From: Gaiellaceae bacterium
GTDB taxonomy: Bacteria; Actinomycetota; Thermoleophilia; Gaiellales; Gaiellaceae
Direction: 5' to 3'
Assembly (NCBI GenBank): GCA_035630545.1
Contig: DASQKK010000084.1
Location: 3,405-67,404 of the forward strand
DNA length: 64,000 nt
Below, piece by piece: positions 41,735 through 51,038 of the stretch. The notes below the pieces were generated by a model. The model saw only the letters and a program-made list of their open reading frames with translations, had not been told where the DNA came from and did no database searches. The translations under genes were made by a program, and so were the position numbers. How positions within the stretch are numbered: position 1 is the stretch's first letter; every line of letters begins with the position of its first letter.

Positions 41735-43947
41735 AGGCCGACGACGTCGTCCGGGCGGACCGGGATCCGCGCCAGCTCGCGACCGGTCGCGTCCCGGAGC
41801 GCCGAGACGACCGCCGCCGACGAGACCACGGTCGGAGGCTCGCCGACGCCCTTGACGCCGTAGGGAGCGTCGGGCTCGGCGTCCTCGATCAGCTCGCTCT
41901 CGACCGGCGGCATGTCGAGCGCGGTCGGGATCAGGTAGTCGGTGAAGCTCGCGTTCGTGATCAGCCCGTCGCGCGTGCGGATCTCCTCCATCAGCGCCAG
42001 GCCGAGCCCCTGGGCGGTGCCGCCCTCGATCTGCCCCTCGACGGCGAGCGGGTTGATCGCCTTGCCGACGTCCTGCGCGGTGCCGATCCAGACGACGCGC
42101 GTGAGGCCGAGGTCGACGTCGACCTCGGCGACGACGCGCATCGCGGCAACCGCGAATGAGACGTGCGCGCGCTCGCCCGTGACCTGACCGGTCTCGGGGT
42201 CGAGCGGCGTCGTCCGCGGATGGCGGTAGATACGCTCGACGTCCACCTCGCCGCCGGAGCGCTTCTGCTCCTCGAGCGCGGCCCGGCACGCATCGCGGAC
42301 CGCCCCGGCCGCCATCCAGGTCATCCGCGAGGCGGAGGCCGACCCGGCGGAGCCGACCGCGGCGGTACCGGGGGCGGCGAGCACGACGTCGTCGGTGCCG
42401 AGCTCCGTGCGCGCGACCTGGAGGATCACGTCGGTGACGCCCTGCCCGACCTCGGCCGAGGCGCAGTGGATCTCGGCCGACCCGTCGGCGCGCAGCAGCA
42501 CCCGGGCTGCAGTGAAGTCGTCGAAGCCCTCCGAGTAGCAGATGTTCTTGAACCCGACGGCGAAGCCGACGCCGCGCTTGACCCCCTCGCCGCGGGTCGT
42601 GTTGCCCGCGCCGCCGGGCAGGCGGATCGCGTCGCGCGGCAACGGCTCGGCGTCTGGCACGGGGAGCGCGGCGGCGCGGCGGATCACCTCGGCGGTCGGG
42701 AGGACGCCCTCGATCACCTGACCGGTCGGCAGCGTGTCGCCGCTGCCGAGGGCGTTCAGGAGCCGGAGCTCGACAGGGTCGATCCCGAGCTCGTCGGCGA
42801 GCTTGTCCATCTGCGCCTCGGCGGCGAAGCAGGTCTGGACGGCGCCGAAGCCGCGCATCGCGCCGCAGGGCGGGTTGTTCGTGTAGACGCAGGTCGACTC
42901 GATCAGCGCGTTCGCGACCTTGTAGGGGCCGATCGCGAAGCAGGCCGCATTCGAGGCCACGGCCGTCGAGCTGGAGGCGTAGGCGCCGCCGTCGAGCAGG
43001 ATCCGGATCCGCACGCTGACGAGCTCGCCGGCACGCGTCGCCCGGTGCTCGCACCAGATCCGCGCCGGATGACGGTGGACGTGGCCGAAGAACGACTCCT
43101 CGCGGTTGTAGACGATCTTCACCGGCCGCGTCGTCTGCAGCGCGAGCATGGCGCCGTGGATCTGCATCGAGAGGTCCTCGCGGCCGCCGAACGCGCCGCC
43201 GACGCCGGCGAGGTGGATGCGCACCATCTCGGGCGGCAGGCCGAGGCACGGCGCCACCTGGTCGCGGTCGACGTGCAGCCACTGCGTCGCGACGTAGACG
43301 TCGACGCCCCCCTCTCCGTCGGGGACGGCCAGGCCCGACTCCGGCCCCAGGAACGCCTGGTCCTGGATGCCGACGTCGTAGACGCCGCTGACGGTGATAT
43401 CGCCCTCGGCGTCCGGGTCGCCGTGCCGGATCACGAGGTGGCGGACGACGTTCGGGCGCTCGTCCTCGCGGTAGCCGTGCGCCATCGTCGGCCGGTCGGT
43501 GTGGAGCGGCGGTTGCTCGGTCGCCCGCTCCATGTCCACGACCGGCTCGATCACCTCGTACTCGACGCGGACGGCGGCGGCGGCGCGGCGCGCCTGCTCG
43601 GGCTCCTCGGCGGCGACCAGCGCCACCGGCTCGCCGTAGTAGCGCACCCGCTCGGCGGCGAGCACCGGCTGGTCGGCGAACTCGAGCCCGTAGGTCTTCT
43701 GGCCGGGCACGTCCGCGTGCGTGAGCACCGCGTGGACTCCGGCCATCCGCATCGCCTGGGAGATGTCGAGCTCGACGATTCTCGCATGCGCGTGCGGGCT
43801 GCGAACAGTGACGCCCCAGAGCATCCCGGCCGCGTTGAGGTCGCTCGAGTACGCGAATTCCCCGGTTACCTTCGGCGTCGCGTCGTGACGAGCGACCGCG
43901 TCGCCGATGCGCCCGAGCTGGAGCTTGGTCGGCTGGGTCGTGCTCAT
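41731..43947 (-). CDS. xanthine dehydrogenase family molybdopterin-binding subunit
   Basis: ATG (MSTTQPTK) in the frame of ORF 41731..44289. GGAFGGRED, GAMRGFG, GVGEPP. Confidence 0.92.
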   Translation of the reverse strand: MSTTQPTKLQLGRIGDAVARHDATPKVTGEFAYSSDLNAAGMLWGVTVRSPHAHARIVELDISQAMRMAGVHAVLTHADVPGQKTYGLEFADQPVLAAERVRYYGEPVALVAAEEPEQARRAAAAVRVEYEVIEPVVDMERATEQPPLHTDRPTMAHGYREDERPNVVRHLVIRHGDPDAEGDITVSGVYDVGIQDQAFLGPESGLAVPDGEGGVDVYVATQWLHVDRDQVAPCLGLPPEMVRIHLAGVGGAFGGREDLSMQIHGAMLALQTTRPVKIVYNREESFFGHVHRHPARIWCEHRATRAGELVSVRIRILLDGGAYASSSTAVASNAACFAIGPYKVANALIESTCVYTNNPPCGAMRGFGAVQTCFAAEAQMDKLADELGIDPVELRLLNALGSGDTLPTGQVIEGVLPTAEVIRRAAALPVPDAEPLPRDAIRLPGGAGNTTRGEGVKRGVGFAVGFKNICYSEGFDDFTAARVLLRADGSAEIHCASAEVGQGVTDVILQVARTELGTDDVVLAAPGTAAVGSAGSASASRMTWMAAGAVRDACRAALEEQKRSGGEVDVERIYRHPRTTPLDPETGQVTGERAHVSFAVAAMRVVAEVDVDLGLTRVVWIGTAQDVGKAINPLAVEGQIEGGTAQGLGLALMEEIRTRDGLITNASFTDYLIPTALDMPPVESELIEDAEPDAPYGVKGVGEPPTVVSSAAVVSALRDATGRELARIPVRPDDVVGL

Positions 43948-44402
43948 GCTCGGGAGGCGGCGAGCCGGACGGCGTCGAAGATCTTGGCGTAGCCGGTGCA
44001 GCGGCAGAGGTTCCCGGAGAGCTCCTCGCGGATGACGTCGTCGCTCGGGCTCGGCACGCGCTCGAGCAGCGCCGCGGTCGCGACGACGAGCCCCGGCGTG
44101 CAGAAGCCGCACTGGACGGCGCCGGCCTCGACGAACGCCTGCTGGACGCGGTGGAGCCCGTCCTCCGAGCGGAGGCCCTCGACCGTCGTCACCTCGTGCC
44201 CGTCCGCCTGGGCCGCGAGCACGAGGCAGGCGCAGACGAGGTCGCCGTCGAGGAGGACCGAGCAGGAGCCGCACTCGCCCTGCTCGCACGCGTTCTTCGA
44301 GCCCGGCAGCTCGAGCGTGTCGCGCAGCGCCGTCAACAGGCTCTCGCCCGCCCAGACGTCGGCCTCGCGCGCCTCGCCGTTGACGACCAGCCTGATCTTC
44401 AT
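43944..44402 (-). CDS. xanthine dehydrogenase family (2Fe-2S)-binding subunit
   Basis: ORF track, 152 aa. CEQGECGSCSV, CGFCTPG, CRCTGY. Confidence 0.92.
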   Translation of the reverse strand: MKIRLVVNGEAREADVWAGESLLTALRDTLELPGSKNACEQGECGSCSVLLDGDLVCACLVLAAQADGHEVTTVEGLRSEDGLHRVQQAFVEAGAVQCGFCTPGLVVATAALLERVPSPSDDVIREELSGNLCRCTGYAKIFDAVRLAASRA

Positions 44403-44412
44403 GCGAACCGTC

Positions 44413-45204
44413 TCACACGAACACCCTGTCCAGTGCGCGCTTCGTCAACACGCGTAGCGCGTGGCGGCGGTAGGCAGCGGTGCCGCGGACGTCGTCGATC
44501 GGGCTGGACGCGCCGGCGACGAGGTCGGGGAAGTCCTCGCGCGCGTCGAGCGGCGCGGTGACGAGCGCGGGTACGGGCCCGGCCGAGCCGTAGGCCGCAC
44601 GCAGCTCGCCGCGCACGCGGTCGATCCCGACGGCGAGGGAGCAGACCGCGATCACCATCGCGTTCCGCGGCCCCACCTTCATGAACGTCTGCGGCTGTCG
44701 GCCGGGATCGACCCTGACGGCGAGCACGAGCTCGTCCTCCGCGAGCGCGTTCCGCTTCGGGCCGAGGAAGAACTCGGTCAGCGGCAGCGTGCGGACACCG
44801 CGCGCGCTCCCGATCTCCACCGTCGCGTCCTCGACCAGCAGCGGCGGGTGCGCGTCGCCGGCGGGGGACGCGGTACCGAGGTTGCCGCCGATCGTGCCGC
44901 GGTTGCGGATCTGCGGCGAGCCGACCGTGCGCGAGGCCTCGGCGAGTGCCGGGAGGAGCTCGGCCAGCTCCGGCGCCATTGCCTCGGTGTAGGTGAGACC
45001 GGCGCCGAGGCGCAGCGATCCGTTCTCCCGCACCCAGCCCTTCAGCTCCGGGACCTCGGCGAGATTGAGGATCGTCTCGGGCCGCGTCCGGTCGAAGTTG
45101 AGCTCGACGAGCAGGTCGGTGCCGCCTGCGATCGGCCGCGCGTCCGGCCGCTCCGACTTCAGACGCAGCGCCTCGTCGAGGGTGCGGGGAGTGATGACCT
45201 CCAC
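44413..45204 (-). CDS. xanthine dehydrogenase family FAD-binding subunit
   Basis: GTG at 45204 in the frame of ORF 44413..46533. PIAGGTDLLVE, RNRGTIGGNL. Confidence 0.88.
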   Translation of the reverse strand: MEVITPRTLDEALRLKSERPDARPIAGGTDLLVELNFDRTRPETILNLAEVPELKGWVRENGSLRLGAGLTYTEAMAPELAELLPALAEASRTVGSPQIRNRGTIGGNLGTASPAGDAHPPLLVEDATVEIGSARGVRTLPLTEFFLGPKRNALAEDELVLAVRVDPGRQPQTFMKVGPRNAMVIAVCSLAVGIDRVRGELRAAYGSAGPVPALVTAPLDAREDFPDLVAGASSPIDDVRGTAAYRRHALRVLTKRALDRVFV

Positions 45205-45228
45205 GCGGCCAACGATACGGTACCGAGC

Positions 45229-46563
45229 GTGAAGTCCCTGCTCACCGACGCGCACGTACTGACGATGGACGACGCGGAGACGGAGCACGAGGACGGCTGG
45301 ATCCTCGTCGAGGACGGCTTCGTGGCGGCCGTCGGGACGGGTCCGGAGCCGGACGCGGACGAGCGCACGGGCCTCGGCGGCGCGCTCGTCACGCCGGGCC
45401 TCGTCAACACCCACCACCACCTCTATCAGACGCTCACGCGCGCCCGGGCACAGCAGGCGACGCTGTTCGAGTGGCTCGTCGAGCTCTACCCGACCTGGGC
45501 GCGGATCGACGCCGAAGCCGAGTACGCAGCGGCGCGGACCGGGATCGCCGAGCTGATGCTCTCGGGCTGCACGACGGTCTTCGACCACCACTACGTCTTC
45601 CCGCGTGGCCGCACCGGCCTCGTCGAGGCCGAGGTGGAGGCGGCCCGTGAGCTCGGCTGCCGGCTCGTCGCGTCGCGCGGGTCGATGGATCTCGGGGTCT
45701 CCGACGGTGGCCTGCCGCCGGACGAACTGGTCGAGGACGTCGACGCCGTGCTCGCGGACACGGAGCGTCTGGTCGCCGAGCTGCACGAGGCCGGCGCCGG
45801 AGCGCGGATCCAGATCGCAGTGGCGCCGTGCTCCCCCTTCTCCGTCACCGGACGGCTGATGACCGAGTCGGCCGACCTCGCGCGCCGCCTCGGGCTCAAC
45901 CTGCACACGCACCTCGCCGAGACGGTCGAGGAGGAGACGTACTGCAAGGAGCTGTACGGCTGCACGCCGGTCGAGTACCTCGACTCGCTCGGCTGGCTCG
46001 AGGGCGACGTCTGGTGTGCGCACTGCGTCCATCTCACCGCGGCCGAGATCGCGCGCTTCGCCGAGACCGGCACCGGCGTCGCCCACTGCCCGACCTCGAA
46101 CCTCCGCCTCGGCGCCGGCGTCGCGCCAGTGCGGGAGCTGAGCGCTGCGGGGGTGCGGGTCGGCCTCGGCGTCGACGGGTCTGCGTCGAACGAGCGCAGC
46201 CATCTCTTCAACGAGGTCAAGCAGGCGCTGCTCGTCGCGCGCGGCCGCGGCGGCCCGACGGCGATGACGGCGCGCGAGGCGATCCGGCTCGGGACCCGCG
46301 GCGGGGCAGCCGTGCTCGGGCGGGACGACATCGGCGCGATCGCCTCGGGCCGCTGCGCCGACCTCGCGGTCTGGGCGACCGACGGGCTCGAGCTCGCGGG
46401 CGCCGCCGACCCGGTCGCCGGGCTCGTCTTCGCCGGCGCGCATCGGGTCGACCGGCTCTACGTCGGCGGCGAGCTCGTCGTCCGGGGTGGAGCGCTCGTG
46501 CGCGCGGAGGAGGCGGAAATCGCTCGCGCCCACCGTGCACAGGCGAGTAGATTCGCGCCATGA
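45229..46563 (+). CDS. amidohydrolase, 8-oxoguanine/guanine deaminase-like
   Basis: GTG in frame with ORF 44461..46563. VNTHHHLYQ, HTHLAE, GVDGSASN. Confidence 0.85.
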   Translation: MKSLLTDAHVLTMDDAETEHEDGWILVEDGFVAAVGTGPEPDADERTGLGGALVTPGLVNTHHHLYQTLTRARAQQATLFEWLVELYPTWARIDAEAEYAAARTGIAELMLSGCTTVFDHHYVFPRGRTGLVEAEVEAARELGCRLVASRGSMDLGVSDGGLPPDELVEDVDAVLADTERLVAELHEAGAGARIQIAVAPCSPFSVTGRLMTESADLARRLGLNLHTHLAETVEEETYCKELYGCTPVEYLDSLGWLEGDVWCAHCVHLTAAEIARFAETGTGVAHCPTSNLRLGAGVAPVRELSAAGVRVGLGVDGSASNERSHLFNEVKQALLVARGRGGPTAMTAREAIRLGTRGGAAVLGRDDIGAIASGRCADLAVWATDGLELAGAADPVAGLVFAGAHRVDRLYVGGELVVRGGALVRAEEAEIARAHRAQASRFAP

Positions 46564-46859
46564 CGACTGCGGCGATCTCCCTCTCGACGCACGTGCTCGA
46601 CACCTCCGCGGGCACGCCTGCGGACGGGGTGCTGGTCGTCCTCTACCGCGGCGACATGTTCATGGCCGAGACGCGCACCGACGCCGACGGCCGGGCGCAG
46701 CTCTCGGACGACCTCGACCCCGGCACGTACCGGCTCGTCTTCCATCCTCCCTCCCCGTTCTTCAAGCGGGTCGAGCTCGAGGTCGCCCTGGACGAGGGCC
46801 ACTACCACGTCCCGCTGCTCGTCTCCCCCTACTCGTGCGCGAGCTACCGCGGCAGCTGA
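46560..46859 (+). CDS. uraH: hydroxyisourate hydrolase
   Basis: ORF track, 99 aa. STHVLDT and the C-terminal YRGS signature. Confidence 0.9.
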   Translation: MTTAAISLSTHVLDTSAGTPADGVLVVLYRGDMFMAETRTDADGRAQLSDDLDPGTYRLVFHPPSPFFKRVELEVALDEGHYHVPLLVSPYSCASYRGS

Positions 46860-47254
46860 GCGTCGAGGAGCTGACGCCGCTGTTCTCCGGCCGGACACGG
46901 CTCGTCGACGAGCTCGCAGCGAGGACCGATCCCCTGGCCGTCGCCGAGGAGGTGGCGCTGGCGCTGCCCGAGGCCGACCAGGTCGCGGCGCTCGCGACGC
47001 ATCCGCGCATCGGCGAGCCCTCCGAGGAGCAGCGCGGCGCCGAGCCGGAGGTGCTCGCCGAGCTCGCCCGCCTGAACGACGCGTACGAGCGCCGCTTCGG
47101 CTTCGAGTTCGTCGTCTTCGTCGACGGCCGCACCCGTGCGGAGCTGCTGCCGGTGCTGCGCGAGCGCCTCCAGCGCACGCGTGCCCAGGAGCTCGAGACG
47201 GGGCTGCAGGCGCTCTGCGCGATCGCGAGGGACAGGTGGACGCGGACTACCTGA
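46835..47254 (+). CDS. uraD: 2-oxo-4-hydroxy-4-carboxy-5-ureidoimidazoline (OHCU) decarboxylase
   Basis: In frame with ORF 46487..47254. HPRIGE...YERRFGFEFVVFV. The start (GTG at 46835) is uncertain. Confidence 0.75.
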   Translation: MRELPRQLSVEELTPLFSGRTRLVDELAARTDPLAVAEEVALALPEADQVAALATHPRIGEPSEEQRGAEPEVLAELARLNDAYERRFGFEFVVFVDGRTRAELLPVLRERLQRTRAQELETGLQALCAIARDRWTRTT

Positions 47255-48378
47255 GAGACCTCGCCGACCTCCTGCTGCGGATGCTGCACGTCGTCGCCGG
47301 GATCGCCTGGATCGGCGCTTCGTTCTACTTCATCCGGCTCGACCTCGGCCTGTCGCCGCCGAAGGAGGAGAAGGAGGGGGTCGCCGGCGAGTACTGGGGC
47401 GTCCACGGCGGCGGCTTCTACCACTCGCAGAAGTACAAGCTCGCGCCGCCGCAGCTGCCGGACCAGCTCCACTGGTTCAAGTGGGAGGCGTACACGACCT
47501 GGCTGTCCGGCTTCGCGCTGCTCGTCGTCCTCTACTGGCTCGACGCCGACACGAGGCTCGTCGACCCGACTGTCGCCGACCTCAGCGGCTGGCAGGCGGC
47601 AGCGCTGTCGGCCGCAGGGCTCGCGCTCGCCTGGGTCGTCTACGACCTCGCGTGCCGCGTCCTGATCGAGGACCGGCTGGTCGCCGTCGCGGTCGTGGCG
47701 CTCGTGGCCGTCTCCGCATTCGCCGCGGGCGAGCTCTTCGCCGCGCGGGCGTCGTACCTGCAGGTGGGCGCGATGCTCGGGACGATCATGGCCGCAAACG
47801 TCTTCTTCGTGATCATCCCGGCGCACCGCGAGCTCGTGCGCGCCAAGCAGGAGGGCCGCGAGCCGGATCCGCTGCCGGGGCTGCGCGCGAAACAGCGCTC
47901 GGTGCACAACAACTACCTGACGCTACCGGTCGTGTTCACGATGCTCGCCGGCCACTTTCCGCTCGCGTTCGGCAGCGACCACGCCTGGCTCGTCCTGCTC
48001 GCGATCTTCGCCGTCGTGGCGGCGATCCGGCACTTCTTCAACCGCTGGCACTCGGGCCGGCGCGACTGGTGGATCCTGGCCGCCGCAGCCGTCGGGGCCG
48101 CGGCGCTCGCGATCGTGCTCGCGCCCGACGAGCCCGATTCGGCAGCCGTGCCGAGCGACGACGAGGCGGTCGCGATCGCAACGCAGCGCTGCGCGGGCTG
48201 TCACTCCGGCGCCGCAGCGCCGCTCGGCGTCCAGCTTGGTACCGCCGACCAGCTGCAGCAGCACGCCGACCAGGTCCAGGCGATGCTCGAGTCGGGAGCG
48301 ATGCCGCCCGGGAACGCGACCGGCCTGACCGACGCCGAGCGCGCGCGGTTGATCGCCTGGGCCGCCGCGCACGGATAA
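47236..48378 (+). CDS. puuD: urate hydroxylase PuuD (membrane protein with a C-terminal cytochrome c domain)
   Basis: ORF track, 380 aa. HVVAGIAWIGASFYF and the C-terminal haem site CAGCH. Confidence 0.85.
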   Translation: MDADYLRDLADLLLRMLHVVAGIAWIGASFYFIRLDLGLSPPKEEKEGVAGEYWGVHGGGFYHSQKYKLAPPQLPDQLHWFKWEAYTTWLSGFALLVVLYWLDADTRLVDPTVADLSGWQAAALSAAGLALAWVVYDLACRVLIEDRLVAVAVVALVAVSAFAAGELFAARASYLQVGAMLGTIMAANVFFVIIPAHRELVRAKQEGREPDPLPGLRAKQRSVHNNYLTLPVVFTMLAGHFPLAFGSDHAWLVLLAIFAVVAAIRHFFNRWHSGRRDWWILAAAAVGAAALAIVLAPDEPDSAAVPSDDEAVAIATQRCAGCHSGAAAPLGVQLGTADQLQQHADQVQAMLESGAMPPGNATGLTDAERARLIAWAAAHG

Positions 48379-48388
48379 GGTCACGGCC

Positions 48389-48796
48389 GTGCTCGAGATC
48401 ACCGCCGCCGGGATGCGCTTCGTCGCCCGCTGGGAGGATGAGCTGGCGCCGAAGACGGTCGCGGCCTTCAAGGGGATCCTGCCCCTCGACGACCGGATCA
48501 TCCACTGCCGCTGGAGCGGCGAGTCGAACTGGATCCCGTGGGGCGACCGCGACCTCGGGATCGGCCCCGAGAACGCGACCAGCTACCCCCACCCCGGCGA
48601 GCTCGCGCTCTACCCGGGCGGCGAGAGCGAAACGGAACTGCTCTTTCCGTACGGCTATTGCTCCTTCGCGAGCAAGGCGGGGCACCTCTGGGCGAACCAC
48701 TTCGCCACGCTCGTGGAGGGCCAGGAGCAACTGAAGGAGCTCGGCCGGCTGACGCTCTGGGAGGGCGCGCAGCCGATCTCGTTCCGCGAGTTGTAG
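48389..48796 (+). CDS. DUF3830 (cyclophilin-like fold) family protein
   Basis: ORF track, 135 aa. IIHCRWSGESNW...LLFPYGY. Family assignment is from memory. Confidence 0.65.
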   Translation: MLEITAAGMRFVARWEDELAPKTVAAFKGILPLDDRIIHCRWSGESNWIPWGDRDLGIGPENATSYPHPGELALYPGGESETELLFPYGYCSFASKAGHLWANHFATLVEGQEQLKELGRLTLWEGAQPISFREL

Positions 48797-48853
48797 ACGC
48801 AGCCGCGGTCGGGTCGTAGGGTGGCCGTGCCATCAACGCCCCGAGGAGGCGAT

Positions 48854-50626
48854 ATGCGCGTCACGATCTGCTCGCTCATCTCTGCGGCCTCCCTGACGAT
48901 CTTTGCGGCGCTCGCCGGCACTGCGACGGCGGCGACCGCTCCATCAGGCCCCCCGACCGCGACTGGCACGGGCGGCGCCGCCGCGACCGTGGAGACGCTC
49001 GCGACCCAGGCGGCCATCGACACCCTCCGTCGCGGCGGCAACGCCGTCGACGCCGCCGTCACCGCCGCCGCGGTGCTCGGTGTCACGGAGCCGTTCTCGT
49101 GTGGTATCGGCGGCGGCGGCTTCCTGCTGCTCCGGACTGCGGGCGGCGCGGTCACCTCGATCGACCACCGTGAGACCGGTCCGGCGGCGATGCGCGTCGA
49201 CTCGTTCTGGGAGAACGGGGCGGCGCTCCCGTTCACGCCGGCCCGCTACAGCGGCCTCTCCGTCGGCGTCCCCGGCACGGTCGCCGGCTGGGCGAATTCG
49301 CTCGACCGCTACGGGACGATCTCGCTTGCGGAAGCGCTTCAGCCCGCGATCCGGATCGCGCGCGAGGGCTTCGTGATCGACAGCACGTTCTTCGACCAAA
49401 CCCAGGGCAACGTCGACTTCTTCGACGACGTCCCCGCTTCGGCCGCGCTCTTCCTCGACCCAAATGGGACACCGAAGGATGTCGGCACGGTCTTTCGCAA
49501 CCCGGACCTCGCGCGCGCGTACGAACGGATTGCACATCTCGGCGCGAAGGGCTTCTACCGCGGCGCGATCGCCGACGCGCTCGTCGAGACGGTGCAGAGC
49601 CCACCCGTGACGCCCACCGCGAACCATGTCTGGCGCCCGGGCCTGATGACCATGCGCGACCTGCACACGTATGTGGCCCCCGAACGGGCGCCGACGCGGG
49701 TGTCCTACCGCGGGCTCGACGTCTACGGGATGGGCCCGCCCTCGAGCGGCGGCTCGACCGTCGGCGAGGCACTGAACATTCTGGAGGGCTATCCGCTCGC
49801 GACGGAGACCCGCGAGCGGCAGCTGCACCTGTTCCTGGAAGCGTCGCGCTACGCGTTCGCCGACCGCGGTGCGTACCTCGGCGACGCCGACTTCGTCCGC
49901 GTGCCTTTGCGCGGGCTGCTTTCCGACGGGTTCGCCGCCACGCGCCGTGCCCTGATCAAGGAGACCGCAGCCCCCGGCGCCGTCGCGGCCGGCGACCCCT
50001 GGCCGTTCGAGGACGCCGTCGGACTCTTGCTCGCTGGGGCGTCCGTCGACCAGGAGGGCCTCTCGACGACGCACCTCAGCGTCTCCGACCGCTGGGGCAA
50101 CGTGGTCTCGTACACGTTCACGATCGAATCGACCGGCGGAGCAGGGCTCGTCGTCCCCGGCTGGGGGTTCCTGCTCAACAACGAGCTGACCGACTTCGAC
50201 TACGCGCTGCTCAACCACCCGAACAGCGTCGCGGGCGGCAAGCGTCCGCGTAGCTCGATGGCTCCCACGATCGTGACCCAGGGCGGCCGCACACTGCTGA
50301 CAGTCGGATCACCCGGCGGCTCGACGATCATCACAACCGTCCTGCAGCTCCTCCTCGATCGACTCGACACGGGAATGACCCTGCCGCAGGCGATCGCAGA
50401 CCCGCGAGCGACGCAGCGGAACGGCGCGACGACGCAGGCGGAGCCGGCGTTCCGCGCTTCGCCGCTCGCCACGGCGCTCGAGGCGCGTGGGCACCAGTTC
50501 GTGACGAACCCGGAGATCGGCGCCGCGACCGGAATCGAGTTCCTACCGGCCGGAGGCGTCATCGCGGTCGCGGAGCCGACGCGTCGCGGGGGCGGCAGCG
50601 CGATGGTGGAAACGCCGGCGCCGTAG
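48854..50626 (+). CDS. ggt: gamma-glutamyltransferase
   Basis: ATG after GAGGAGG, in frame with ORF 48821..50626. Signal peptide present. Autoprocessing site GLSTTHLSV, GSPGGSTI. Confidence 0.9.
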   Translation: MRVTICSLISAASLTIFAALAGTATAATAPSGPPTATGTGGAAATVETLATQAAIDTLRRGGNAVDAAVTAAAVLGVTEPFSCGIGGGGFLLLRTAGGAVTSIDHRETGPAAMRVDSFWENGAALPFTPARYSGLSVGVPGTVAGWANSLDRYGTISLAEALQPAIRIAREGFVIDSTFFDQTQGNVDFFDDVPASAALFLDPNGTPKDVGTVFRNPDLARAYERIAHLGAKGFYRGAIADALVETVQSPPVTPTANHVWRPGLMTMRDLHTYVAPERAPTRVSYRGLDVYGMGPPSSGGSTVGEALNILEGYPLATETRERQLHLFLEASRYAFADRGAYLGDADFVRVPLRGLLSDGFAATRRALIKETAAPGAVAAGDPWPFEDAVGLLLAGASVDQEGLSTTHLSVSDRWGNVVSYTFTIESTGGAGLVVPGWGFLLNNELTDFDYALLNHPNSVAGGKRPRSSMAPTIVTQGGRTLLTVGSPGGSTIITTVLQLLLDRLDTGMTLPQAIADPRATQRNGATTQAEPAFRASPLATALEARGHQFVTNPEIGAATGIEFLPAGGVIAVAEPTRRGGGSAMVETPAP

Positions 50627-50645
50627 CCCAAGCAGAAGCGCCGGA

Positions 50646-50683
50646 GAGCGACCCCGAGGGCGTCGACCGCCCCGGGGTCGCTC
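50646..50683. terminator. bidirectional hairpin between ggt and the cupin gene
   Basis: 11-bp stem GAGCGACCCCG / CGGGGTCGCTC with a 15-nt loop. Confidence 0.6.
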
Positions 50684-50693
50684 CCTCCTCGGC

Positions 50694-51038
50694 TTAGGCT
50701 TCGAGCCTGAGGTCGAAGCCGGCCGGCGCGTGGATGTTGACCATCCGCACGACCGCGTCGCCGTCGTTCCGGAATGTGTGCTGCAGGCCCGGCGGGACGA
50801 GCACGAACGTGCCCGGGCCGGCGACGACGACCTCGTCCTCGACGGTGAACGTCAGCTCGCCCTCGAGGATGTAGAACGAGTCGTCCTCGGCCGCGTGCGC
50901 ATGGATCGGCGGCCCACCCCGGTGCGGCTGGATCTCGATCACGGCGAGGTTGAAGCGCGGCGTGTCGGCACTGCGGGCGAGGAACTCGACGTTCCCGACG
51001 CGATGGCCTTCGCCCGGCTTGACGACGACGGCCTTCAT
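50694..51038 (-). CDS. cupin domain protein
   Basis: Last 114 aa of ORF 50694..51932. PIHAHAAEDDSFYILEGEL...PPGLQHTF. The start overlaps the upstream stop (ATGA). Confidence 0.8.
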   Translation of the reverse strand: MKAVVVKPGEGHRVGNVEFLARSADTPRFNLAVIEIQPHRGGPPIHAHAAEDDSFYILEGELTFTVEDEVVVAGPGTFVLVPPGLQHTFRNDGDAVVRMVNIHAPAGFDLRLEA